A stretch of DNA of 28,117 nucleotides from Candidatus Eiseniibacteriota bacterium (GTDB taxonomy: Bacteria; Eisenbacteria; RBG-16-71-46). Shown one piece after another: positions 1 to 7,333 of the stretch. Location: contig JBBIHL010000001.1 of assembly GCA_037447075.1 (NCBI GenBank), positions 1 through 28,117 on the forward strand. The letters are read 5' to 3'. The first letter of the stretch is position 1, and each line of letters opens with the position of its first letter. The notes under the pieces are model-generated. The model worked only from the letters and a program-made list of their open reading frames with translations. It was not told the origin of the DNA and made no database searches. A program made the position numbers and the translations under genes.

Positions 1-2
1 GG

Positions 3-647
3 ACGCTCGTCCCGGTCTTCATCGCCGTGGTGGCGCTCTGGATCGTGCCCGGCATCCTGCTCGCCACGCCGCTGCGCGACCAGGCCTGGCTGCGGGAGTG
101 GAGCGTGCGGCTGCCGGAGACCTCGGTGCCGCTGCTGGGCGGGCTGGCCCTGTTCCTCCTGCCCAGCGGCCGGGGCAAGGAGCGCATCCTGGACGTCGGC
201 GTGCTGCGGCGCATCGACTGGTCCACGCTCCTGCTCTTCGGCGGCGGGCTCTCGCTGGGCGGCCTCATGTTCGAGACCGGACTGGCGCGCGCGCTGGGCG
301 AGGCCATCTTCGCCGCCGTGCCGCTCAAGGGCATGGTGGGGATCGTGCTGGCCGCCACGCTGATGGGGGTCGTGGTGAGCGAGATGACCAGCAACACGGC
401 GAGCGCGAGCCTGGTGGTGCCGGTGGTGCTGGCGCTCGGGCAGGCCGCGGGCGTGGATCCGGTGAAGCCCGCGCTCGCCGCCACCGTGGCCTGCTCGTTC
501 GGGTTCATGCTGCCGGTCTCCACCCCGCCCAACGCCCTGGTCTACGCCACCGGCCGCGTGCGCATCGGTGAGATGGTCCGTTACGGCGCGCTGCTCGACG
601 TGCTGGGCGTGGCGCTGATCACCGCCTGGGTGACGCTGGTGGGCTAG
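3..647 (+). CDS. SLC13/DASS family sodium:dicarboxylate/sulfate symporter, C-terminal part (5'-truncated by window)
   Basis: Hydrophobic multi-TM ORF with IDWSTLLLFGGGLSLG, SEMTSNTASA and FMLPVSTPPNALVY, which are DASS hallmarks. The frame is open back to the window edge. Confidence 0.92.
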   Translation, partial: TLVPVFIAVVALWIVPGILLATPLRDQAWLREWSVRLPETSVPLLGGLALFLLPSGRGKERILDVGVLRRIDWSTLLLFGGGLSLGGLMFETGLARALGEAIFAAVPLKGMVGIVLAATLMGVVVSEMTSNTASASLVVPVVLALGQAAGVDPVKPALAATVACSFGFMLPVSTPPNALVYATGRVRIGEMVRYGALLDVLGVALITAWVTLVG

Positions 648-685
648 CGGCGGCGGGCCCTCCGGCGGCCCGGGTTGCTCGGTGC

Positions 686-713
686 TTGCGCTCCGCGAGC
701 GTCGTGTTATCCT
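686..713 (+). promoter_or_regulatory. Putative sigma70 promoter of sdpR-sdpI
   Basis: TTGCGC (686-691), 16-nt spacer, extended -10 TG-t-TATCCT (705-713), upstream of RBS GAGGGAGG and ATG 751. Confidence 0.55.
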
Positions 714-716
714 TGT

Positions 717-740
717 TTCGGTGGTTGGCGAATAACCGAA
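717..740. promoter_or_regulatory. Putative ArsR/SdpR autorepressor operator (imperfect inverted repeat)
   Basis: TTCGGT (717-722) ... ACCGAA (735-740); 9 of 12 positions match across the dyad. It sits between the -10 and the RBS, the usual position for an ArsR/SmtB operator. Confidence 0.55.
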
Positions 741-750
741 CGAGGGAGGC

Positions 751-1041
751 ATGTCGGTCAACCAGGTGTTCCGCGCGCTCGGCGACCCCACCCGCCGGGA
801 GATCCTGCGGCTGCTGCGGTCGCGGGACATGACCGCGGGCGAGCTGGCCGAGCGCTTCGAGCTCGCAAAGTCCACGCTCTCCGGGCACTTCAGCGTGCTC
901 CGGCAGGCGGGGCTGATCGTGGCCGAGCGCCGCGGGACCTCCATCGTCTACAGCCTCAACCTCTCGGCCTTCGAGGAATCGCTGGCCTGGATGGTCGGGC
1001 ACCTGAACGCGCGCGCCCGCAGGAAGGAGAAGACGTCATGA
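751..1041 (+). CDS. sdpR: ArsR/SmtB family repressor, SdpR-like
   Basis: VFRALGDPTRREILRLL...AGELAERFELAKSTLSGHFSVLRQAGLI winged HTH; strong RBS; ATGA overlap with an SdpI-family gene. Confidence 0.9.
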   Translation: MSVNQVFRALGDPTRREILRLLRSRDMTAGELAERFELAKSTLSGHFSVLRQAGLIVAERRGTSIVYSLNLSAFEESLAWMVGHLNARARRKEKTS

Positions 1042-1714
1042 AGCTCTCTTGGCGAACCGAGCTGCCCCAGTGGCTGATCCTGGGCGGGATGTTCCTGCTC
1101 GCCGCCTCGAGCTGGAGCCGGACGCCCGACCGCGTCCCGGTCCATTGGGGCCTGCAGGGGCAGGTGGATCGTTACGGCGGGCGCTTCGAGGGCCTGCTCG
1201 GCATCCCGCTGCTCGCGCTCGGGATCTACGCGGCGATGCTCCTCCTGCCCCGCGTGGATCCCGGGCGCGCCAACTACGAGCGCTTCGCCGGGGCCTATGC
1301 CACCACCCGCATCGCCGTGCTCACCCTCATGGCCGCGATCTACGGCATCATCCACCTGTGGGTCCGCGGCATCCAGGTGGACGTCGCCGCGGCGGTGCCG
1401 TTCCTGGTGGGCGCCCCGTTCCTGGTCTTCGGCAACATCCTGGGAAGGTGCGGCCCAACTGGTTCTTCGGCATCCGCACGCCCTGGACGCTGTCGAGCAA
1501 GCTCTCCTGGACCCGGACCCATCGGGCGGGCGGCTGGCTCTTCGTCGCGCTGGGGCTGGCGTTCATGGCGGTGGGGGTGGTGCGCGCGTCCTGGGCCGTG
1601 TGGGCCGCGTCCGGGCTGATGCTGGCGGGCGCCGTGGGTCTCGCGGTGTATTCCTATGTGGTCTGGCGCGGCGATCCCGACAAGATCCCTCCGGCGGGAA
1701 CGCTCCCGGCGTAG
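1038..1714 (+). pseudogene. sdpI: SdpI family immunity membrane protein (DUF1648 + SdpI), split by a 1-nt frameshift at about 1441-1445 (real lesion or sequencing error)
   Basis: The frame from ATG 1038 gives PDRVPVHWGLQGQVDRYG...FGNILG. The continuation KVRPNWFFGIRTPWTLSS...WTRTHRAGG is in another frame. The sequence ctg-gg-aag lacks one base; restoring it gives 225 aa. Confidence 0.85.
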
Positions 1715-1750
1715 GCGATGGCGGGAGGCCCGGACATGGCAAGCAAGACG

Positions 1751-1780
1751 ATGCGGGGCATCCCTTCGGACACCCCGCAT
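1751..1780 (+). terminator. Possible terminator hairpin after sdpI
   Basis: ATGCGGGG (1751-1758) pairs with CCCCGCAT (1773-1780), with an inner TCC/GGA stem. It is followed by TCGTGTT, only a weak U-tract. Confidence 0.35.
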
Positions 1781-2172
1781 TCGTGTTCGGGTGGCACGCC
1801 CCGGTCGGGCGCTCGCCACCCGCCGAGTGGCCGCCCCTGGAGGCGGTACGCTTCACCGCCGTCGCGACGGTCCAAGCCTCGGCGTAACGGCTTGCGGCCA
1901 CGCGGGAGAGGGGCGCGACCGCCGGTGCTTGGTGCTGATGCCGCGCGGGTGGAGCCCGCGCTCGTGGGAGGGAAAGAGCAAGGCGCGAACCAGTCGCCGG
2001 GGCGGCGGCCGCCCCGCGAATGACACGGACATACGCGGCGCGCCGAGGAGCCTGGGTGAACTCGCGCAGGCGGCTTGCAAGGGGCGGCACGCGGAATGAG
2101 GCCCGGCCGGGCAGCGGCGGGCGATCGCTTGCCTTCGGTCATGTGGTCCCGGCCGGCGCACGAGGAGGTCGT

Positions 2173-3213
2173 ATGACGCTTCGACGTGGGTTGACGCTTC
2201 CCGCACTCGCATGCGGGCTGGCCCTGACGATGGGCGCCGCCATCGCGCCGGCGGCCGAGCCGCCCGCCACGCCTGCTCCCTTCGACAGCGCGGCGGTGTG
2301 GGCGAGGTCGCGCGAGCTGTTCGCGGCCTATCGCATCACCGACGCGACGCGCATGTGGCAGGACTTCGACGACAACATGCGCGCGGCGATGGGCAGCGTC
2401 GAGCAGTTCGAGAAGGCGCTGAAGAACATCACGGAGCAGGTGGGAGACGCGACCCGCTGCGTCAACGAGCGCGTCACCTTCGAGAACGGCTACTGGTTCT
2501 ACCGCGCCGACTGCCTCTACTCGAAGTCGCCGGTCCCGCTCACGCTCGCCTTCGTCTACACGCCCGGCGGGAAGCTGGGCGGGTTCTGGGTGAGGCCCGA
2601 GGCCAAGCCCCACGCCAGCCGCTTCCTCGACTACCAGACCAAGACGCCGCTGCGGCTCCCGTTCCACGGCGAGTGGAGCGTGGTGTGGGGCGGCGTGACG
2701 CTTCAGGACAACTACCACGCGGTCGCCCGGGACCAGCGCTTCGCCTACGACGTGTGGGTAGTCCGGGACAGCGCCACGCACGCCGGGACCGGGGCGCTGC
2801 CCGCGGACTACTACTGCTTCGGGCTCCCGATCGTGGCCCCGGCCGCGGGCAGGGTGGTCTGGGCGAACGACGGGCTGCCGGACAACCGTCCCGGCCAGAT
2901 GAATCCCCGCGAGCCGTTCGGCAACGGGGTGGTGCTCGACCACGGCAACGGCGAGTTCTCCGTGTTCGCGCACTTCAGGCGCGGCAGCGTGCGCGTCAAG
3001 CGCGGCCAGCCGGTTGCGGAGGGCGACACGCTGGGGCAATGCGGCAACTCGGGGAACAGCAGCGAGCCGCACCTGCATTATCACCTGCAGAACGGCCCCG
3101 ACCTCCTGGTGGCGGAGGGGCTGCCCGCCTACTTCGTGGACTACCTCTCCAACGACAAGCCGGTCGAGCGCGGCATGCCGGTGAAGGGCGAGCGCGTGAT
3201 GCGGAAGCCGTAG
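2173..3213 (+). CDS. Exported M23 family metallopeptidase with N-terminal DUF3887-like domain
   Basis: RBS GAGGAGG then ATG 2173; signal peptide; GNGVVLDHGNGEFSVFAHF...GNSGNSSEPHLHY with the M23 HxH motif. Confidence 0.9.
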   Translation: MTLRRGLTLPALACGLALTMGAAIAPAAEPPATPAPFDSAAVWARSRELFAAYRITDATRMWQDFDDNMRAAMGSVEQFEKALKNITEQVGDATRCVNERVTFENGYWFYRADCLYSKSPVPLTLAFVYTPGGKLGGFWVRPEAKPHASRFLDYQTKTPLRLPFHGEWSVVWGGVTLQDNYHAVARDQRFAYDVWVVRDSATHAGTGALPADYYCFGLPIVAPAAGRVVWANDGLPDNRPGQMNPREPFGNGVVLDHGNGEFSVFAHFRRGSVRVKRGQPVAEGDTLGQCGNSGNSSEPHLHYHLQNGPDLLVAEGLPAYFVDYLSNDKPVERGMPVKGERVMRKP

Positions 3214-3229
3214 GCGGCCGGCGCCTGAC

Positions 3230-3258
3230 TTGCGTTTTCGGCGCCGCCCTGCGATTTT
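3230..3258 (+). promoter_or_regulatory. Possible sigma70 promoter of the PLP enzyme gene
   Basis: TTGCGT (3230-3235), 17-nt spacer, TG-c-GATTTT (3250-3258). The -10 is non-consensus at its first position. Confidence 0.35.
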
Positions 3259-3294
3259 GGCCTCGACCCCCCACGCCAACTCTGGAGGTCCTCC

Positions 3295-4671
3295 ATGCCC
3301 GCGCGCCGGCGCCGGGCGGCCGGGCGCCGCCCTGCCGTGCATCGCTATGGCCGTCTCGCCACGCCCATCGAGGAGCGCTACGCGCCGGCCACCGTGCTGG
3401 TGCACGGCAAGTTCCGCTCGCGCCACTGGGATTACTCCGAGCACATCGTGCCGCCGATCTCGGCCTCGGCCGCCTACCGCCTGGTCAGCGCCGAGCGTGG
3501 CGCCGAGGGCTTCCTGGAGTTCGCCAATCCCGAGTTCAACCGGGCCACCAGCGCCCCGATCTACATCTACGACCGGCTCGACGAGCCCACCCGCGGCATG
3601 CTCGAGGAGAACCTGGCGCTGGCCGAGGGCGGCGAGCGCGGCGTGTGCTTCGCCACCGGGATGGGGGCCATCTCGGCGGCGCTGGGCGTGCTGCTGCGCG
3701 CCGGCGACCGCGTGGTGGCGCACCGCGCGCTCTACGGCTGCACCTACTCGCTGTTCCACAACTGGTACCCGCGCTACGGCATCGCGGTCGAGCTCACGGA
3801 CCTCAACGACGCGCGCTCGCTGGGCCGGCTGCTCGCCGACGACCGGGTCATGGCGGTCTACTTCGAGACGCCCTGCAACCCCACGCTGGAGCTGGTGGAC
3901 ATCCGGCGGGTGGTGGGCGCCGTGGCGCGCGCCAACGCCGACCGGGCGCTGCGCAGGCGCGGGCGCAAGCACCGGCGCATCTTCACCGTGGTGGACAACA
4001 CCTTCGCCACCTCCTTCTGCCAGCGGCCCATCGCGCTGGGCGTGGACGTGGTGGTGCACAGCCTCACCAAGAACCTGGGCGGCTTCGGCACCGACATGGG
4101 GGGGGCGGTGATCGCGCCGCGCCTGCTCGAGCCCGACCTGCTGCTGCTGCGCAAGGACTACGGGGCGCCGCTCGCGCCGCGCAGCGCATGGCCCATCCTG
4201 GTCTACGGGCTGCCCTCGCTCGCCGTGCGGGTGCGCCAGCAGCAGAGCTCCGCCCTGCAGGTGGCGCGCTTTCTCGAACGGCACCCGCGCGTGGCGCGCG
4301 TCGCCTACCCGGGATTGCGTTCGCACCCGCAGCACGCCCTCGCGCGCCGGCAGATGCGCGACCCCGACGGGCGCTTCGCGCCCGGCACCCTGGTCTACTT
4401 CACGTTGCGCGGCACGCCCCGCGAGGCGCGGCGGCGGGGCGCCCGGCTCATGGACCACCTGGCCCGCTACTCGATGGCGGTGACGCTCGCGGTGAGCCTT
4501 GGCCAGGTGCGCACGCTCATCGAGCACCCCTCCTCCATGACGCACGCGCCGGTGCCGCCCGAGGATCAGGTGCGCGCCGGCATCGAGCCCGGGGGCATCC
4601 GGCTCTCCCTGGGGCTCGAGGACCCCAAGGACATCATCGCCGACCTGCGCGACGCCCTGGGGCGGGTGTGA
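3295..4671 (+). CDS. PLP-dependent Cys/Met metabolism enzyme, methionine gamma-lyase-like
   Basis: YIYDRL, FATGMGAIS, LYGCT, VYFETPCNPTLELVDI, VVDNTFAT, HSLTK (PLP lysine), AVSLG...EHPSSMTH, IRLSLGLED; RBS GGAGG. Confidence 0.9.
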   Translation: MPARRRRAAGRRPAVHRYGRLATPIEERYAPATVLVHGKFRSRHWDYSEHIVPPISASAAYRLVSAERGAEGFLEFANPEFNRATSAPIYIYDRLDEPTRGMLEENLALAEGGERGVCFATGMGAISAALGVLLRAGDRVVAHRALYGCTYSLFHNWYPRYGIAVELTDLNDARSLGRLLADDRVMAVYFETPCNPTLELVDIRRVVGAVARANADRALRRRGRKHRRIFTVVDNTFATSFCQRPIALGVDVVVHSLTKNLGGFGTDMGGAVIAPRLLEPDLLLLRKDYGAPLAPRSAWPILVYGLPSLAVRVRQQQSSALQVARFLERHPRVARVAYPGLRSHPQHALARRQMRDPDGRFAPGTLVYFTLRGTPREARRRGARLMDHLARYSMAVTLAVSLGQVRTLIEHPSSMTHAPVPPEDQVRAGIEPGGIRLSLGLEDPKDIIADLRDALGRV

Positions 4672-4758
4672 GGGCGTGGGGGTGGCGCCGAGCCGCACCC
4701 ACGGGGTACAGTTGTTGCAGCGACCCGCGACATCGGCATCGGTCCGCCCGGAGGCCTC

Positions 4759-5964
4759 GTGGTGCGTTGCACCTTGCACGGATTCGCCCTTTCCCCTGCG
4801 GTGCGTGCCGTCACGTGGGCGCTGCTTCTCGGCATGGCGGCGACCCCTTCGGCCCACGCCGCCAGCTCGCTGCGCTTCCACGGCAACGGCGCCGGCGACA
4901 TTGACCGCGTGAAGATCCGCGTTGACGACCCCGCGACCTCGCTGCCGGGGCCGCCCGCGGACGTCGGCGCCACTGACTTCACGATCGAGTTCTGGATGAA
5001 GGCGGGCGCGGCGGAGAACACGGCGGCGGCCGTCGGCTGCGGCGACAACATCGCCTGGATCTACGGCAACATCGTGATGGACCGCGACCGCTTCAACCAG
5101 GACCGCAAGTTCGGGCTGTCCGTCGCAGGCGGCGTCCTGGTCTTTGGCGTGAGCGGCGACGGCACAGGCGACCGCACCCTTTGCGGCACGACCACCGTGC
5201 TCGACGGCCGGTGGCACCACGTGGCCGTCCAGCGGCGGCGCTCGGACGGCTGGATGTGGCTCTTCGTGGACGGCCGCCGCGAAGCCGACGAGGACGGCCC
5301 CGACGGCGACGTCTCTTATCCCGACGACGGCGTGCCGGGCGACTACTGCGGCGGACCGTGCCTGAACAGCGACCCGTTCCTGGTGTTCGGCGCCGAGAAG
5401 CACGATGCCGGCTCCGCGTTCCCGTCCTACGGCGGCTGGCTCGACGAGATCCGACTCTCCGACGTGCTGCGCTACTCCAGCGACTTCACGCCAGGCGCCG
5501 TGCCGTTCGTGCCCGATGCGAACACGGTGGCGCTCTACCACCTGGACGAGGGAGCGGGCGATCTCGTCGGCGACTCCTCCGGTGCCGCGGGGGGACCAAG
5601 CGATGGCGAGCGCCGCTTCGGGGGGTCGCCCGCCGGCCCCGAGTGGTCGGCCGAGACCTTCAATGGCGGAACGACCGGCGTCGGCGGCGGCGCGCCCTCC
5701 GGCCGGCTGGCCTTGAGCGTGCGGCCGAACCCGGCGCGGGGAGCGGTCACCATCCAGGCGCGGGGCGACTTCGGCGCCGCGCCGCCGCCGCTCGCCATCT
5801 ACGACGTCGCCGGTCGCCGGGTGGCGCTGCCCACCGGGAGTGCGGTGGCTGGCGGCGTCGAGTACCTCTGGCGGGCCGAGGGCCGCGACGCCGCGCGCGG
5901 CGTCTATCTGGCCATCGTGCGGGCGGGGGGAGCGGCGCTCACCGGAAGTCTGGTCTTGCGGTAG
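4759..5964 (+). CDS. Secreted LamG/ConA-like jellyroll protein with FlgD-Ig/T9SS-type-A-like C-terminal domain
   Basis: Signal peptide ending AHA; [44 protein letters not shown] (LamG_3-like); C-terminal VRPNPARG...IYDVAGRRV...GVYLA. Confidence 0.82.
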   Translation: MVRCTLHGFALSPAVRAVTWALLLGMAATPSAHAASSLRFHGNGAGDIDRVKIRVDDPATSLPGPPADVGATDFTIEFWMKAGAAENTAAAVGCGDNIAWIYGNIVMDRDRFNQDRKFGLSVAGGVLVFGVSGDGTGDRTLCGTTTVLDGRWHHVAVQRRRSDGWMWLFVDGRREADEDGPDGDVSYPDDGVPGDYCGGPCLNSDPFLVFGAEKHDAGSAFPSYGGWLDEIRLSDVLRYSSDFTPGAVPFVPDANTVALYHLDEGAGDLVGDSSGAAGGPSDGERRFGGSPAGPEWSAETFNGGTTGVGGGAPSGRLALSVRPNPARGAVTIQARGDFGAAPPPLAIYDVAGRRVALPTGSAVAGGVEYLWRAEGRDAARGVYLAIVRAGGAALTGSLVLR

Positions 5965-6763
5965 GGGGCGAGGGTCCCCCGAACGGCTCCTGCGCTGGCT
6001 GGGCCGCGATGCGGCCGCGGACGATGCGGGCGCAAGGCAGCATCCCTGCGCGCTGCAGGGTCAGCCGCGAGGCGTGATTGTCCTTGTGGCAGCGCGCGCC
6101 GGGAATACACCCCTTCTCGCGGCAGACCCGCTTGAGCTCCTGGACCAGATAGCTCCCGTAGCCCCTGCGCCGATACGGCGCTGCCACCTCCAGGTAGATG
6201 TCGGCGTAGGGTGGGTTGTAGTGGAACATGAGCCCCCCTGTCGCCACGAGCTCCCGATCCACCTGGAGTCCCCAATCCCCGACCGGCTCCCGGGAGTGCG
6301 AGAAGATGCTGGCACGGTCGGCGTCCGTCAGCGGCCGCAGCACGGCGCCCGGCGGGGCATGCTGGGTCGTGAACGTGTCCGCAAACAAGATGATCTCGCT
6401 CACCAGATCCACTGAACAGTCGAAGAGGAGCAGCGCGAGGAGAATGTCGTTCGTCTGGGTTTCGATGTATCGCGCCGCCGTGGCGGCGATGAGCGCGCGC
6501 AGGAGGGGCAAGGCCGCAGCTTGGTGGGCGGGATGAACGTGGAACTCCTTGATGATCTCCCTCGGTCCGTCCGGGTTGCCTGCGACCGAGCCATACCCGA
6601 CCACCTGCCCTCGCATGTGGAGGAGGTACGAATCGGTGAGGCCGCGCGCATGATACGAGTCGTGCACGATCTGGCAGTTCATGGCGCGGCGATACGCGTC
6701 GCGGAGACCGAGGATCGCGTCGAGCGGCACGCGCGTGACCTGGATGGGGACCGGTTCAGCCAC
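5939..6763 (-). CDS. GNAT family N-acetyltransferase (tandem GNAT folds)
   Basis: [23 protein letters not shown] (acetyl-CoA motif A) and [14 protein letters not shown]. The stop codon overlaps the 3' end of the LamG gene by 26 nt. Confidence 0.85.
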   Translation of the reverse strand: MAEPVPIQVTRVPLDAILGLRDAYRRAMNCQIVHDSYHARGLTDSYLLHMRGQVVGYGSVAGNPDGPREIIKEFHVHPAHQAAALPLLRALIAATAARYIETQTNDILLALLLFDCSVDLVSEIILFADTFTTQHAPPGAVLRPLTDADRASIFSHSREPVGDWGLQVDRELVATGGLMFHYNPPYADIYLEVAAPYRRRGYGSYLVQELKRVCREKGCIPGARCHKDNHASRLTLQRAGMLPCARIVRGRIAAQPAQEPFGGPSPPTARPDFR

Positions 6764-6841
6764 GGTTTCGCCTCATGCCAGAGAACGACCGTCCGGGGGG
6801 CACCGGCGGCGCGCGGAGGCCCCGAGGGGGGGCAATCCCGA

Positions 6842-7333
6842 CTACTCCGCGCTGCTGGTGTGATCGTGCACGATCCTCCAGCCCAGGCGCGGGAAGCGGC
6901 GCAGGACCAGCGTGAACAGCCCGTGCGGCGCGTCGGTGCCGCGTTTGAGGAACCACGCCCCGCGCACCAGCGCCACGTCGCGCCCCAGCGGCGTGATGGC
7001 GTGGATCTCGAAGTCCAGCCGCCCCATTTCGCGGCCTTCGGACTGGTAGCGGCGCACGTAGCGGTCGTAGGCGGCGCGCCAGCCCTGCTGCACGTCCCCG
7101 GCGCTGTAGAAGGTGAGCGAGTCGGACTTCCAGTAGCCTTCCATGAAGCCCGCGAGGTCGCCGTGGTTCCACGCGGTCTGCTGGTCGGCGAGCAGCTTGC
7201 GCACGCCGGCGACGGCCTCGGCGGCCTCTGCCGGGCGACCGGCGCGCGCCTGCTGCGCGGGTGCGCGACCCGCGAGGAGCGCCGTGGCCACCAGCGCGAC
7301 CGGCGCCGCGATGCGCCGCACGCCGCGCGTCAC
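6842..7333 (-). CDS. Exported NTF2-like/DUF4440 (YybH-like) protein
   Basis: GTG at 7333 overlaps the M14 stop (GTGA); signal peptide; AWNHGDLAGFMEGYWKSDSLTF...WRIVHDHTS. Confidence 0.85.
   Translation of the reverse strand: MTRGVRRIAAPVALVATALLAGRAPAQQARAGRPAEAAEAVAGVRKLLADQQTAWNHGDLAGFMEGYWKSDSLTFYSAGDVQQGWRAAYDRYVRRYQSEGREMGRLDFEIHAITPLGRDVALVRGAWFLKRGTDAPHGLFTLVLRRFPRLGWRIVHDHTSSAE

Noticed and set aside
1965-2030. GAGCAAGGC, CAGTCGCCG and GAATGAC resemble RNase P RNA fragments
   Set aside because: The order is wrong and the universal GAGGAAAGTCC and AGAACCCGGCTTA elements are absent.
2036-2075. CGCCGAGGAGC...AACTCGCGCAGGC resembles a glycine riboswitch aptamer
   Set aside because: It lacks the GGAGA element at the right position, the GAAG/GCAA and CTCTCAGG cores are imperfect, and the downstream gene is an M23 peptidase.
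1654-5541. 1295-aa minus-strand ORF, and similar long ORFs at 7261-10152 (+), 24565-26979 (+) and 20014-21558 (+)
   Set aside because: These are antisense shadow ORFs of real genes, expected at this GC content. They have no motifs and an Arg/Ala/Gly/Pro-rich composition.
5985-6010. Minus-strand GCCCAGCCAGCGCAGGAGCCG resembles the 5' half of an integron attC
   Set aside because: The core is AGC rather than AAC, no correctly spaced complementary GTT arm exists, and there is no integrase or cassette array.
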